A stretch of DNA of 22,251 bases from assembly GCA_043808015.1 (NCBI GenBank), contig JAZDFI010000013.1:1-22251 (forward strand), in the 5' to 3' direction. Positions 1 to 6,802 of the stretch are shown here, one piece after another. Under the pieces are notes generated by a model. It was given only the letters and a program-made list of their open reading frames with translations, was not told where the DNA came from and made no database searches. A program made the position numbers and the translations under genes. How positions within the stretch are numbered: the first letter of the stretch is position 1; each line of letters opens with the position of its first letter. This DNA comes from Candidatus Aenigmatarchaeota archaeon (lineage in GTDB: Archaea; Aenigmatarchaeota; Aenigmatarchaeia; QMZP01; QMZT01).

Positions 1-444
1 AGCGCCCAGTCGGCCTGCCTGACCGGCTCCAACGTAACGCTCTACAACAAGTGCGCGAACGCCATGGCCGACAACATGAGAATCACGCTGGTCGAGAATA
101 GCGAGCTGGCCAACTTCCTCGACAGCGAAAACATAACCCAGGTGACCGGCGACCAGAACAAGATACTGCTCGTGCAGAAAGGCTCAGGCCTGCCGGGAGC
201 GGTAATAAACTACAACATCGAGGGCATCGGCAAGGGCAGGACTGCATGGGTGTCGAACATGACGGCCATAAACGGGGACTACAGCAACTTGATAAAAGCG
301 ATAGTCATGTGGGCCGCGGGCAGCGAATACTCGCCCGTGAAAGCTAATCTCAACCAGCCCGTCACAGCCTTCATGTACAAGTCGCTGGGCAACGACATGC
401 AGCAGAACGCGAAAATAATTCTCGAGATAGACTACATCTACTGA
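1..444 (+). CDS. Hypothetical protein, C-terminal part (5'-truncated by the window edge)
   Basis: Frame 1 is open from base 1 to TGA at 442-444, so the Met at 64 is probably internal. Host-like codon usage; no family recognised. Confidence 0.6.
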   Translation, partial: SAQSACLTGSNVTLYNKCANAMADNMRITLVENSELANFLDSENITQVTGDQNKILLVQKGSGLPGAVINYNIEGIGKGRTAWVSNMTAINGDYSNLIKAIVMWAAGSEYSPVKANLNQPVTAFMYKSLGNDMQQNAKIILEIDYIY

Positions 445-466
445 AAGCCGCAAGCCGCGCAACATT

Positions 467-474
467 TTTAAATA
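467..474 (+). promoter_or_regulatory. Putative TATA box for aIF-1A (leaderless transcript)
   Basis: TTTAAATA ends 19 nt upstream of ATG 493; no SD before the ATG. Confidence 0.45.
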
Positions 475-492
475 AGGCTGCCAATACTTGTT

Positions 493-804
493 ATGGTTTT
501 CCACAACAAAGAGGGCGAGTATTCTGAGGTAGTAAGGGTGCGCATGCCCCGCGGCACCGAGATCATCGGGGTCGTCGAGGAGATGCTGGGCTCGGGGCAT
601 TTCAGGATAAGATGCAACGACAAGTTCACGCGCATGTGCAGGGTGTCCGGCAAATTCAAGCGCAAGCAGTGGATACGGCCAGGGGATGTCGTATTAGTCA
701 GGCCGTGGGTCGTCGAAATCAACGAGAAAGGCGATGTGGTCTGGAAATACAGGCGCGCGGAAGTCGAGTGGCTGAGACGAAAGGGAATGATGCCGAACGT
801 CTGA
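493..804 (+). CDS. eif1a: Translation initiation factor aIF-1A
   Basis: OB-fold signature GVVEEMLGSGHFRIRCNDKFTRMCRVSGKFKRKQWIRPGDVVLVRPW...KGDVVWKY. Confidence 0.95.
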   Translation: MVFHNKEGEYSEVVRVRMPRGTEIIGVVEEMLGSGHFRIRCNDKFTRMCRVSGKFKRKQWIRPGDVVLVRPWVVEINEKGDVVWKYRRAEVEWLRRKGMMPNV

Positions 805-861
805 GCCGCGTTTTCTAGCGAAACTCAAATATTTAAGTTTGCGTAAGAACTAAATCTCTTT

Positions 862-1362
862 ATGATTGATGAGGTAAAAATCCCGGACATACGAAAAGGC
901 GTCCTCATAGGGCCCGAAGGCGACGTCAAGAGGAACATAGAGAAGCGCACGCACACGACCATAACCGTCGACGACGCCGTCGAAATCAGCGGCGAGCCGC
1001 TGGACGTATTGAAGGCGAAGGAAATCGTCAAGGCAATCGGCCGCGGCTTCGCGCCGGACAAGGCGCTTAAGCTCATGAGCGACGACTATCGGCTGGTCAT
1101 CATAAGCCTCGGCCACGAGAGCGAGAATCTCATGAAGAGGACGCTCGCCAGGGTGATAGGCAGCGACGGCAAGGCGAGAAAAACGCTGGAACTCCTGACC
1201 ACGACGGACATATGCGTGTACGGCAAAACAATTTCTATCATAGGAAAGTGGGACAACGTTGACAAAGCGAACGAAGCGTTGGAGCTGCTCATAGAGGGCA
1301 AGCCTCATGCCTATGTCTACAAGAGAATCGAGGGCCAGAACGAAGGGGACGAAAAGGAATGA
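862..1362 (+). CDS. KH-domain RNA-processing protein (archaeal Dim2/Pno1/Krr1 family)
   Basis: Two KH units (LIGPEG, VIGSDGKARKTLE), AIGRGF motif and C-terminal GKPHAYVY; conserved position upstream of top6B. Confidence 0.9.
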   Translation: MIDEVKIPDIRKGVLIGPEGDVKRNIEKRTHTTITVDDAVEISGEPLDVLKAKEIVKAIGRGFAPDKALKLMSDDYRLVIISLGHESENLMKRTLARVIGSDGKARKTLELLTTTDICVYGKTISIIGKWDNVDKANEALELLIEGKPHAYVYKRIEGQNEGDEKE

Positions 1363-3104
1363 GGAAAGGCGCGGAGGAAATGGCCAGGGACCAGAGGGAA
1401 ATCTCGGTCTCGGAATTCTTCGAGAAGAACCGCCATCTTCTAGGGTATGACAACAAGGCGAAAGCGCTTCTCATGATTGTTAAAGAAGGCGTAGACAACT
1501 CGCTTGATGCGACCGAAGAGGCGGGCATACTGCCTGACATTTACATAGGGGTAAAACAATTGGCCGAGGAGAAATACGAGATAGTCATAAAGGACAACGG
1601 CCCCGGCATCGTGGAGAAGCAGATAGGCAGGATTTTCGGCAAGCTGCTCTACGGCTCCAAGTTTCACAGGCTCAAGCAGTCGAGAGGCCAGCAGGGCATC
1701 GGCATCTCGGCAGCGACGCTTTACACCCAGCTCACCACGGGCGAGCCGCTCGAAATACGAACGTCGACCGGCGACGGGAATATTTTCAAATACAAGATAA
1801 AGGTCGACGTGCGCAAGAACGAGCCCATCATACTTGAAAGCGCTACGGAAGCCGGCGATGGCTGGCGCGGCGTGCAGCTGAAATTCGTGACCGAAGGGAT
1901 ATACAGGGAGCACAAGCAGTCGATCGCTGAGTATGTAAAACAGACGGCGATAGCGAACCCCCATGCACACATAGTCTTCGAGTCGCCGACAGGCAGGGCG
2001 GAATACAAGAGGGCGATAGAGCACATGCCCGCCGAAGCGAAGGAGATAATGCCCCACCTGCACGGCGTCGAGCTGGGCGTCTTCACCCGCATGCTGAGGG
2101 ACACGCAGGCGCGCACGTTCGTCAGCTTCCTGACCAGCGAGTTCACCAAGGTCGGAAGAGTCACGGCAAAAGACATATGCCAGAAATCCGCCGTCGAAGA
2201 ATCCAGGAAGCCGAGGAAGGTTACGGACGACGAGGCGAGGAGAATAATAGAGGTCATCAAGACCGTCAAGCTGCTCAAGCCGCCGACTGACTGTTTATCG
2301 CCGCTCGGCGAGGAAGTCATAAAGGAGAGCCTGAAAAAGGAGCTCGCACCCGAATGGGTCGACGCGGTGACGCGGCCACCTGAAGTGTACCGCGGCTGGC
2401 CTTTCCAGATCGAAGTGGGCATCGCCTACGCCGGCTCGATAGCGGAGCCGAAGGTCATGCGCTTCGCGAACCGGGTCCCCCTGCTGTATCAGCAGGGCGA
2501 CTGCGCCATAACGAAATCGATAGCGGATATCGAATGGAGGCGCTACGGGCTGGCGAATTTCGTGAAAAACAACACGGACAATCCCGAGCCGGTCGTGATA
2601 TTCGTGCACCTGTTCTCGGTCTGGGTCCCGTTCACTTCGGAATCGAAGGAAGCCATCGCATCATATCCGGTCATAATCAAGGAGATAAAGCTCGCGCTGC
2701 AGGAATGCGCGCGCAAGCTCGGCCTTTACCTTTCCGGCAAACGGAGAGGCGAATATCACCTGCAGAGGATGGCGACGTTCGAGCGCTACGCAGACGAGAC
2801 TGCGAACGCCCTTTCCGAGCTGACTGACGTCAGCAGGGAAAAAATAAAGAAGGATATTTTCGAGCTCATAAATTCGAAAAAACATAAATTAACGGAGGAA
2901 GAAAATGGAGAAAACCAAGGCAGCAGAGTCGAAGCAAACGAGGGAAGCGATAGAGGCGAGGAAACTGCACGACCTGGGAAAGGACGTATTAAACCAGATA
3001 GAGAAAAAGGAAAGCCCAAAAATAGAGTTTCCGGTCAGGTCACTCTCGAACATTTACTTCGACGAGAAGAACGGCCTGATCCAGCTGGGGGACAAGAAGA
3101 GTGA
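1359..3104 (+). CDS. top6B: DNA topoisomerase VI subunit B
   Basis: EFFEKNRHLLGY, GHKL motifs KEGVDNSLDA, DNGPGI, GSKFH..QSRGQQGIGIS; transducer RFANRVPLLY and VPFTSESKEAI. ATGA overlap with the KH gene. Confidence 0.97.
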   Translation: MRKGAEEMARDQREISVSEFFEKNRHLLGYDNKAKALLMIVKEGVDNSLDATEEAGILPDIYIGVKQLAEEKYEIVIKDNGPGIVEKQIGRIFGKLLYGSKFHRLKQSRGQQGIGISAATLYTQLTTGEPLEIRTSTGDGNIFKYKIKVDVRKNEPIILESATEAGDGWRGVQLKFVTEGIYREHKQSIAEYVKQTAIANPHAHIVFESPTGRAEYKRAIEHMPAEAKEIMPHLHGVELGVFTRMLRDTQARTFVSFLTSEFTKVGRVTAKDICQKSAVEESRKPRKVTDDEARRIIEVIKTVKLLKPPTDCLSPLGEEVIKESLKKELAPEWVDAVTRPPEVYRGWPFQIEVGIAYAGSIAEPKVMRFANRVPLLYQQGDCAITKSIADIEWRRYGLANFVKNNTDNPEPVVIFVHLFSVWVPFTSESKEAIASYPVIIKEIKLALQECARKLGLYLSGKRRGEYHLQRMATFERYADETANALSELTDVSREKIKKDIFELINSKKHKLTEEENGENQGSRVEANEGSDRGEETARPGKGRIKPDREKGKPKNRVSGQVTLEHLLRREERPDPAGGQEE

Positions 3105-4026
3105 ACGCCTGTATTTTAACGTCGCCCACACCAGGAAGTTCATGCAGACCCTCATGGTCGCGGCGGAATGTAAGAAGATACGCGAGCAGGGCGTAACCAC
3201 TACGATTCGTGACCTTTACTACGCGCTCAAGCGCACGATTCCGGGGACTAGGGAAAACACGTTCGAGGAGCAGGACGAGAGCGACCCTGTCATCGAAGAT
3301 CTCGAAGCGATGCTCAACTCGCTGCGAGAGAACCTGAATCTCAAAGCGGACCGTAAGGGCTACATGGCGGGAAATGTGATGCTTAACGACATGGGCGACA
3401 GGATAAACTGCGCCAAGATGGGCAGCTCCGGATGGGCGATACCCAGCAACGTCGAGAGCGACGTGATAAAGTTCGAGGACGTGAAAGCCGACTACGTGCT
3501 GGTCATAGAGAAGGACGCCGTGTGGCAGAGGCTCAATGAAGACAAGTTCTGGAAGAAACATAATTGCCTTATAATCACGGGCAAAGGGCAGCCTGCACGA
3601 GGCACGCGCCGCCTCATAAACAGGCTGCATCATGAACACAACCTGCCGGTCTACGTGATGTGCGACGCGGACTGCTACGGATATTATATTTACTCGGTAA
3701 TCAAGCAGGGCTCGATCAATCTTTCGTTCCTTTCGGACAGGCTGGGCACGCCTGACGCCAAATACATCGGGCTGACGACTCTGGACGTCGAGAAATTCGC
3801 TATTCCGCACAACGTGACCATAAAAATGACCAATCTCGACGTCAAACGCACGAAAGAGCTTATGCAATACGTGTGGTTCAAACCCAAGGAGTGGCAGAAG
3901 GAGCTGAAGAACATGCTGCACTTCAACCACAAGCTGGAGCTTGAAGCGCTCTCGTCGAAGGGAATAAAGTTCATCTCGGAGAAATACCTGCCGGAGAAGA
4001 TAAAGCAGGAAGACTTCCTGCCTTAA
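2905..4026 (+). CDS. top6A: DNA topoisomerase VI subunit A (Spo11 family)
   Basis: Catalytic TIRDLYY, TFEEQDESD, TOPRIM VIEKDA, TGKGQP, DADCYG, KLELEAL. Confidence 0.97.
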   Translation: MEKTKAAESKQTREAIEARKLHDLGKDVLNQIEKKESPKIEFPVRSLSNIYFDEKNGLIQLGDKKSERLYFNVAHTRKFMQTLMVAAECKKIREQGVTTTIRDLYYALKRTIPGTRENTFEEQDESDPVIEDLEAMLNSLRENLNLKADRKGYMAGNVMLNDMGDRINCAKMGSSGWAIPSNVESDVIKFEDVKADYVLVIEKDAVWQRLNEDKFWKKHNCLIITGKGQPARGTRRLINRLHHEHNLPVYVMCDADCYGYYIYSVIKQGSINLSFLSDRLGTPDAKYIGLTTLDVEKFAIPHNVTIKMTNLDVKRTKELMQYVWFKPKEWQKELKNMLHFNHKLELEALSSKGIKFISEKYLPEKIKQEDFLP

Positions 4027-4040
4027 CAAAATACCAGACC

Positions 4041-4448
4041 TTACCGGTTATAATATTCTCTATTTTCAAGTCTTCTAAGATTATTTTCCATGTCGCTTTC
4101 ACGTATAATGCTCTTCATGCTGTCCGTGTTCATGAGACGTTCTTGCTGCCATTTTTGTATTTTTCTCTTTATTCCCTTGTAACCGCATTTTACGCCGCAC
4201 AACACACCATAAGCTGCCAGGGTACCCAGCACTATAAGCGACCCTTTGCCCAAAACATCCATCGTCTCAGCGCTAAGCGGCGGTATCAGTGGCTTGAAGT
4301 TCGGGTTCTCGGGTAGGCCCACGAGCTTTTTTGTCTGCTGGAGCTGCACGTTTTTAGCAGCGTAAATTCCATGTATATCGCCAGTCCTGAAATAATCACT
4401 CATGCCGCTGTTATCGTTCAAAACGACAGGATATTGTGATATGCCCAT
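4041..4448 (-). CDS. Hypothetical protein with one predicted transmembrane helix
   Basis: 135-aa ORF filling the gap between top6A and tRNA-Asn. Hydrophobic SLIVLGTLAAYGVLCGV is followed by a basic stretch; TTTATAAA at 4484-4491 lies upstream. Confidence 0.6.
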   Translation of the reverse strand: MGISQYPVVLNDNSGMSDYFRTGDIHGIYAAKNVQLQQTKKLVGLPENPNFKPLIPPLSAETMDVLGKGSLIVLGTLAAYGVLCGVKCGYKGIKRKIQKWQQERLMNTDSMKSIIRESDMENNLRRLENREYYNR

Positions 4449-4574
4449 AAAATCACTCGATTTTAACAGTTTTGTTTCAAGAGTTTATAAATGTTACTAT
4501 ATAGTAGTTAATATATTTAATGTGATGAAGCCGCAGAACCTTTTTATTGCTGGCGCGGTTTAATTGATACTATT

Positions 4575-4678
4575 GTCCCGGTAGCTCAGCTGGCAGAGCG
4601 TTCGGCTGTTAACCGAAAGGTCGCACATGAGCTGGGGAACCATCTCGTGGACTAAAGGTTCGAATCCTGCCCGGGACG
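4575..4678 (+). tRNA. tRNA-Asn(GTT) with a 31-nt intron at position 50/51
   Basis: Acceptor GTCCCGG/CCGGGAC plus G73; D-arm GCTC/GAGC; anticodon arm TTCGG-CTGTTAA-CCGAA. The T-arm GCAGG-TTCGAAT-CCTGC is restored only after removing 4625-4655. CCA not encoded. Confidence 0.95.
4625..4655 (+). other. BHB-type tRNA intron (T-stem, 50/51)
   Basis: Central helix GGTC(4619-22)/GACT(4650-53), bulges GC^A and AA^A, inner helix CATGAG/CTCGTG. Confidence 0.88.
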
Positions 4679-4685
4679 TTAAAAA

Positions 4686-4715
4686 TGAGGGCTAACGCAC
4701 CCTCAATTTATTTTT
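4686..4715 (+). terminator. Hairpin plus T-tract after tRNA-Asn
   Basis: TGAGGG(4686-91)/CCCTCA(4700-05) inverted repeat followed by ATTTATTTTT. Confidence 0.45.
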
Positions 4716-4764
4716 GTTAGAAATAGTTACATTAAGTTATATTTTTCCTAAACTCATTATAAAA

Positions 4765-5565
4765 ATGGAGCTTGAATTGAAAAGTGTTGAATTCAGTGTT
4801 TTTGACAAACGTAGAAAAATCTCATTGCCGCACACTCTAAATTCAAATTTAGCTGAAGATATCGGGATACAAATAGGGGATGGTTGTTTGTGCAGAGGCA
4901 AAAAAGATTATACAATAATTTGCAGTTTTAATGCGATAGAAGACAAATACTACGTTGATAATTTTGTCATCCCTCTGAAAACAAAACTTTTCAAAAACGT
5001 GAATTTGATAAAAAACGCTAGATTTGGAGAGATGAGAATAAAAATAGGTTCCAAAGCTATATTCGATTTTTACACAAAGATTATCGGTCTTTCTTTTGGA
5101 AAGAAAGATCATGTAACTATACCGAAAATAATATTCAGAAATAAAAACAACACTATAGCTTGTTTAAGAGGTATCATTGACACGGATTTTTCTATCAGTT
5201 TCAAAAAAAGACACAAAAACATTCATTATTATCCTGTCATATCAGCGAACTTCAAAAGCAAAGAACTTGTTATACAGCTTAGTAAAATTTTTAAAGATTT
5301 GGGATTAAAAGTTCATACGGAATATGATTACGAGAGGTTTGATGAAAGATTCGGGGAGATAATAACACACTATATTTACTTGAAAGGTAAGGATAACTTA
5401 GAAAAATGGTGGGATATCATAGGAAGCAACAATCATAGACATATAACCAAATATAAAATTTTCAAGAAGTTTGGCTATTGCCCACCTAGGATAAATATCA
5501 CAGAAAGGTTTAAAATGATAAAATCTGGTGTTAGTAATAACCTTTTTGAATCTTACACCCAATAA
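4765..5565 (+). CDS. Free-standing LAGLIDADG homing endonuclease (two motifs)
   Basis: Motif 1 LAEDIGIQIGDG, motif 2 ACLRGIIDTDF; Lys-rich; markedly AT-rich relative to host genes. ATG 4765 preferred over TTG 4714. Confidence 0.88.
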   Translation: MELELKSVEFSVFDKRRKISLPHTLNSNLAEDIGIQIGDGCLCRGKKDYTIICSFNAIEDKYYVDNFVIPLKTKLFKNVNLIKNARFGEMRIKIGSKAIFDFYTKIIGLSFGKKDHVTIPKIIFRNKNNTIACLRGIIDTDFSISFKKRHKNIHYYPVISANFKSKELVIQLSKIFKDLGLKVHTEYDYERFDERFGEIITHYIYLKGKDNLEKWWDIIGSNNHRHITKYKIFKKFGYCPPRINITERFKMIKSGVSNNLFESYTQ

Positions 5566-5571
5566 AAGACC

Positions 5572-5850
5572 ATGGAGCTTTTCGACGTGGTCGACAGGCA
5601 CTGCAACATCCGCTTTCTCAAGACCAACTGTAACTTCAGGGAATGCGGGAAGCCGCCTGAGAAGGAAATGCTTATTTTCGAGATGACCATGAACACGGCC
5701 AAGAAGAAGGACATAATTTCCCTTTACCTCTGCCGTGAACACTACAGGGAGATGGAGAAAGCGCTGGAAGGCGTTATCGGCAGGTTCAGGAACGGCCGCG
5801 TCTACAGGATAAAGCAGACGGACGATACGATAGACGTGATTAAATATTGA
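5572..5850 (+). CDS. Small hypothetical protein, putative Zn finger
   Basis: CNFREC...LCREH (C-x4-C...C-x2-H); host-like GC and codon usage. Confidence 0.65.
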   Translation: MELFDVVDRHCNIRFLKTNCNFRECGKPPEKEMLIFEMTMNTAKKKDIISLYLCREHYREMEKALEGVIGRFRNGRVYRIKQTDDTIDVIKY

Positions 5851-5874
5851 TTAAATAACAATACAAATTATTTT

Positions 5875-6657
5875 ATGGATTATATTGTCACATTAAACGA
5901 TGTGCTGAAAATCTACAAATCACAAAAAGCAGGCGAGATGGCTTTGAAACCTTATAAAAAATGGTTTCCTTTAAAGCCCTCACCGGAGTTAGCAGGCGTA
6001 GTTGCCGATTTGATATGTGACGGTCACCTTCAGGGCAGTCCAAAATGGAGAATAGATTTTACCTTCAAAATCAACGAAGAAAAGCTGAGATTCGAAAGAA
6101 AAATTGAAAAAATATTCGGTGTTAAAGGAAAAGCGAGGCCTTGTTATTCCAACGTGTGGGGAGAAAGTTACAATTATGGTGTGAATTGCAAACCCCTAGC
6201 TAAAACCCTTTTTATGTGCGGGGTTCCCAGCGGCAACAAGGTATTGGGAAATTTCGCTTTTCCGGCATGGATTCTTGAAGATAAAAATTATTTCAGAGAA
6301 TTCACGAAAAGATTTTATAATTGCGAGGGCACATGCTGGGGAGGTAAAAGTCCGGGTATAGGCTTTGAGATGTGGAAAGAAGCTGGTAAAATCGACAATT
6401 TAAAAGAATTTTTGGAAGTCATAAGATGTGGCCTGAAAAAATTTTTCGATATAAAAACAACGGAAATTTTCACGACAAGTTCCATGCATGCGAGAAAAGA
6501 TGGCTATGTGACAAAGCCTCTGAGATTTTATATAAAAAGAAAAGAGTCTATATTTAAATTCTATAAAGATATAGGATTTGAATACGAAAAACAAAATAAA
6601 TTGAAAAACATAATAGAAAAATGGGGCAGAACCTCTGTGGGAACTGAAGTGCCATAA
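5875..6657 (+). CDS. Free-standing LAGLIDADG homing endonuclease (two motifs), 3' end overlapping tRNA-Phe
   Basis: Motif 1 LAGVVADLICDG, motif 2 EFTKRFYNCEG, typical C-terminal FYKDIGF..KQNKL; AT-rich; TTAAATA boxes upstream. Confidence 0.88.
   Translation: MDYIVTLNDVLKIYKSQKAGEMALKPYKKWFPLKPSPELAGVVADLICDGHLQGSPKWRIDFTFKINEEKLRFERKIEKIFGVKGKARPCYSNVWGESYNYGVNCKPLAKTLFMCGVPSGNKVLGNFAFPAWILEDKNYFREFTKRFYNCEGTCWGGKSPGIGFEMWKEAGKIDNLKEFLEVIRCGLKKFFDIKTTEIFTTSSMHARKDGYVTKPLRFYIKRKESIFKFYKDIGFEYEKQNKLKNIIEKWGRTSVGTEVP
6643..6657 (+). other. BHB-type tRNA intron in the acceptor stem (4/5), 15 nt
   Basis: Outer helix CT(6635-36)/AG(6659-60), central helix GTGG(6637-40)/CCAT(6652-55), bulges GA^A and AA^C. 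Excision gives GGGACAG, the exact complement of CTGTCCC. Confidence 0.78.
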
Positions 6658-6684
6658 CAGTAGCTCAGCCCGGGAGAGCGCTCG

Positions 6685-6723
6685 AGTGAAACGGATTTGA
6701 CAAAAAAACCGTTTTATGGCGAA
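6685..6723 (+). other. BHB-type tRNA intron in the anticodon stem (30/31), 39 nt
   Basis: Outer helix AG/CT, central helix CGCT/GGCG, bulges CG^A and AA^G, 9-bp inner helix GTGAAACGG/CCGTTTTAT. Confidence 0.9.
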
Positions 6724-6802
6724 GCTGAAGACCGATAGGTCGTGGGTTCAAATCCCACCTGTCCCATATTTTATTTTTATTCTTTCCATCGAATCATTCT
6801 CT

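Larger units (their letters stand above)
6639..6766 (+). tRNA. tRNA-Phe(GAA) with two introns (4/5 and 30/31)
   Basis: Spliced sequence GGGA^CAG TA GCTC AGCCCGGGA GAGC G CTCG^G CTGAAGA CCGAT AGGTC GTGGG TTCAAAT CCCAC CTGTCCC A. Acceptor stem fully Watson-Crick after splicing; one C27-U43 mismatch; T-rich tract downstream. Confidence 0.9.

Noticed and set aside
1440-4029. Long antisense ORFs over top6B/top6A (similar ones over trm1, the MVA genes and the PAS gene)
   Set aside because: Shadow ORFs of GC-rich coding strands with no recognisable motifs.
6643-6650. CTGAAG in the 15-nt intron matches the tRNA-Phe anticodon loop
   Set aside because: Only a 6-nt match, also constrained by coding; cannot be distinguished from chance.
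6621-6657. Alternative tRNA-Phe 5' exon GGGG (6623-26) with a 31-nt intron and ATGG/CCAT helix
   Set aside because: It gives a G-U pair in the acceptor stem and has no flanking helices. The 6639 model gives a perfect stem plus an outer helix. Disfavoured, not fully excluded.
5875-6657. Endonuclease 2 encoded inside one giant tRNA intron (ATGG at 5875 can pair with CCAT at 6652)
   Set aside because: BHB-rule splicing would give GGATCAG, which mismatches the 3' acceptor strand CTGTCCC at two positions.
4714-6657. LAGLIDADG domains as parts of inteins or group I introns
   Set aside because: No flanking extein, no intein terminal motifs (C-terminal HN), and no room for a ribozyme core.
6716-6802. 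N-terminal extension of Trm1 in the ORF track
   Set aside because: It overlaps tRNA-Phe and its T-rich trailer; Trm1 similarity begins at Met 6803.
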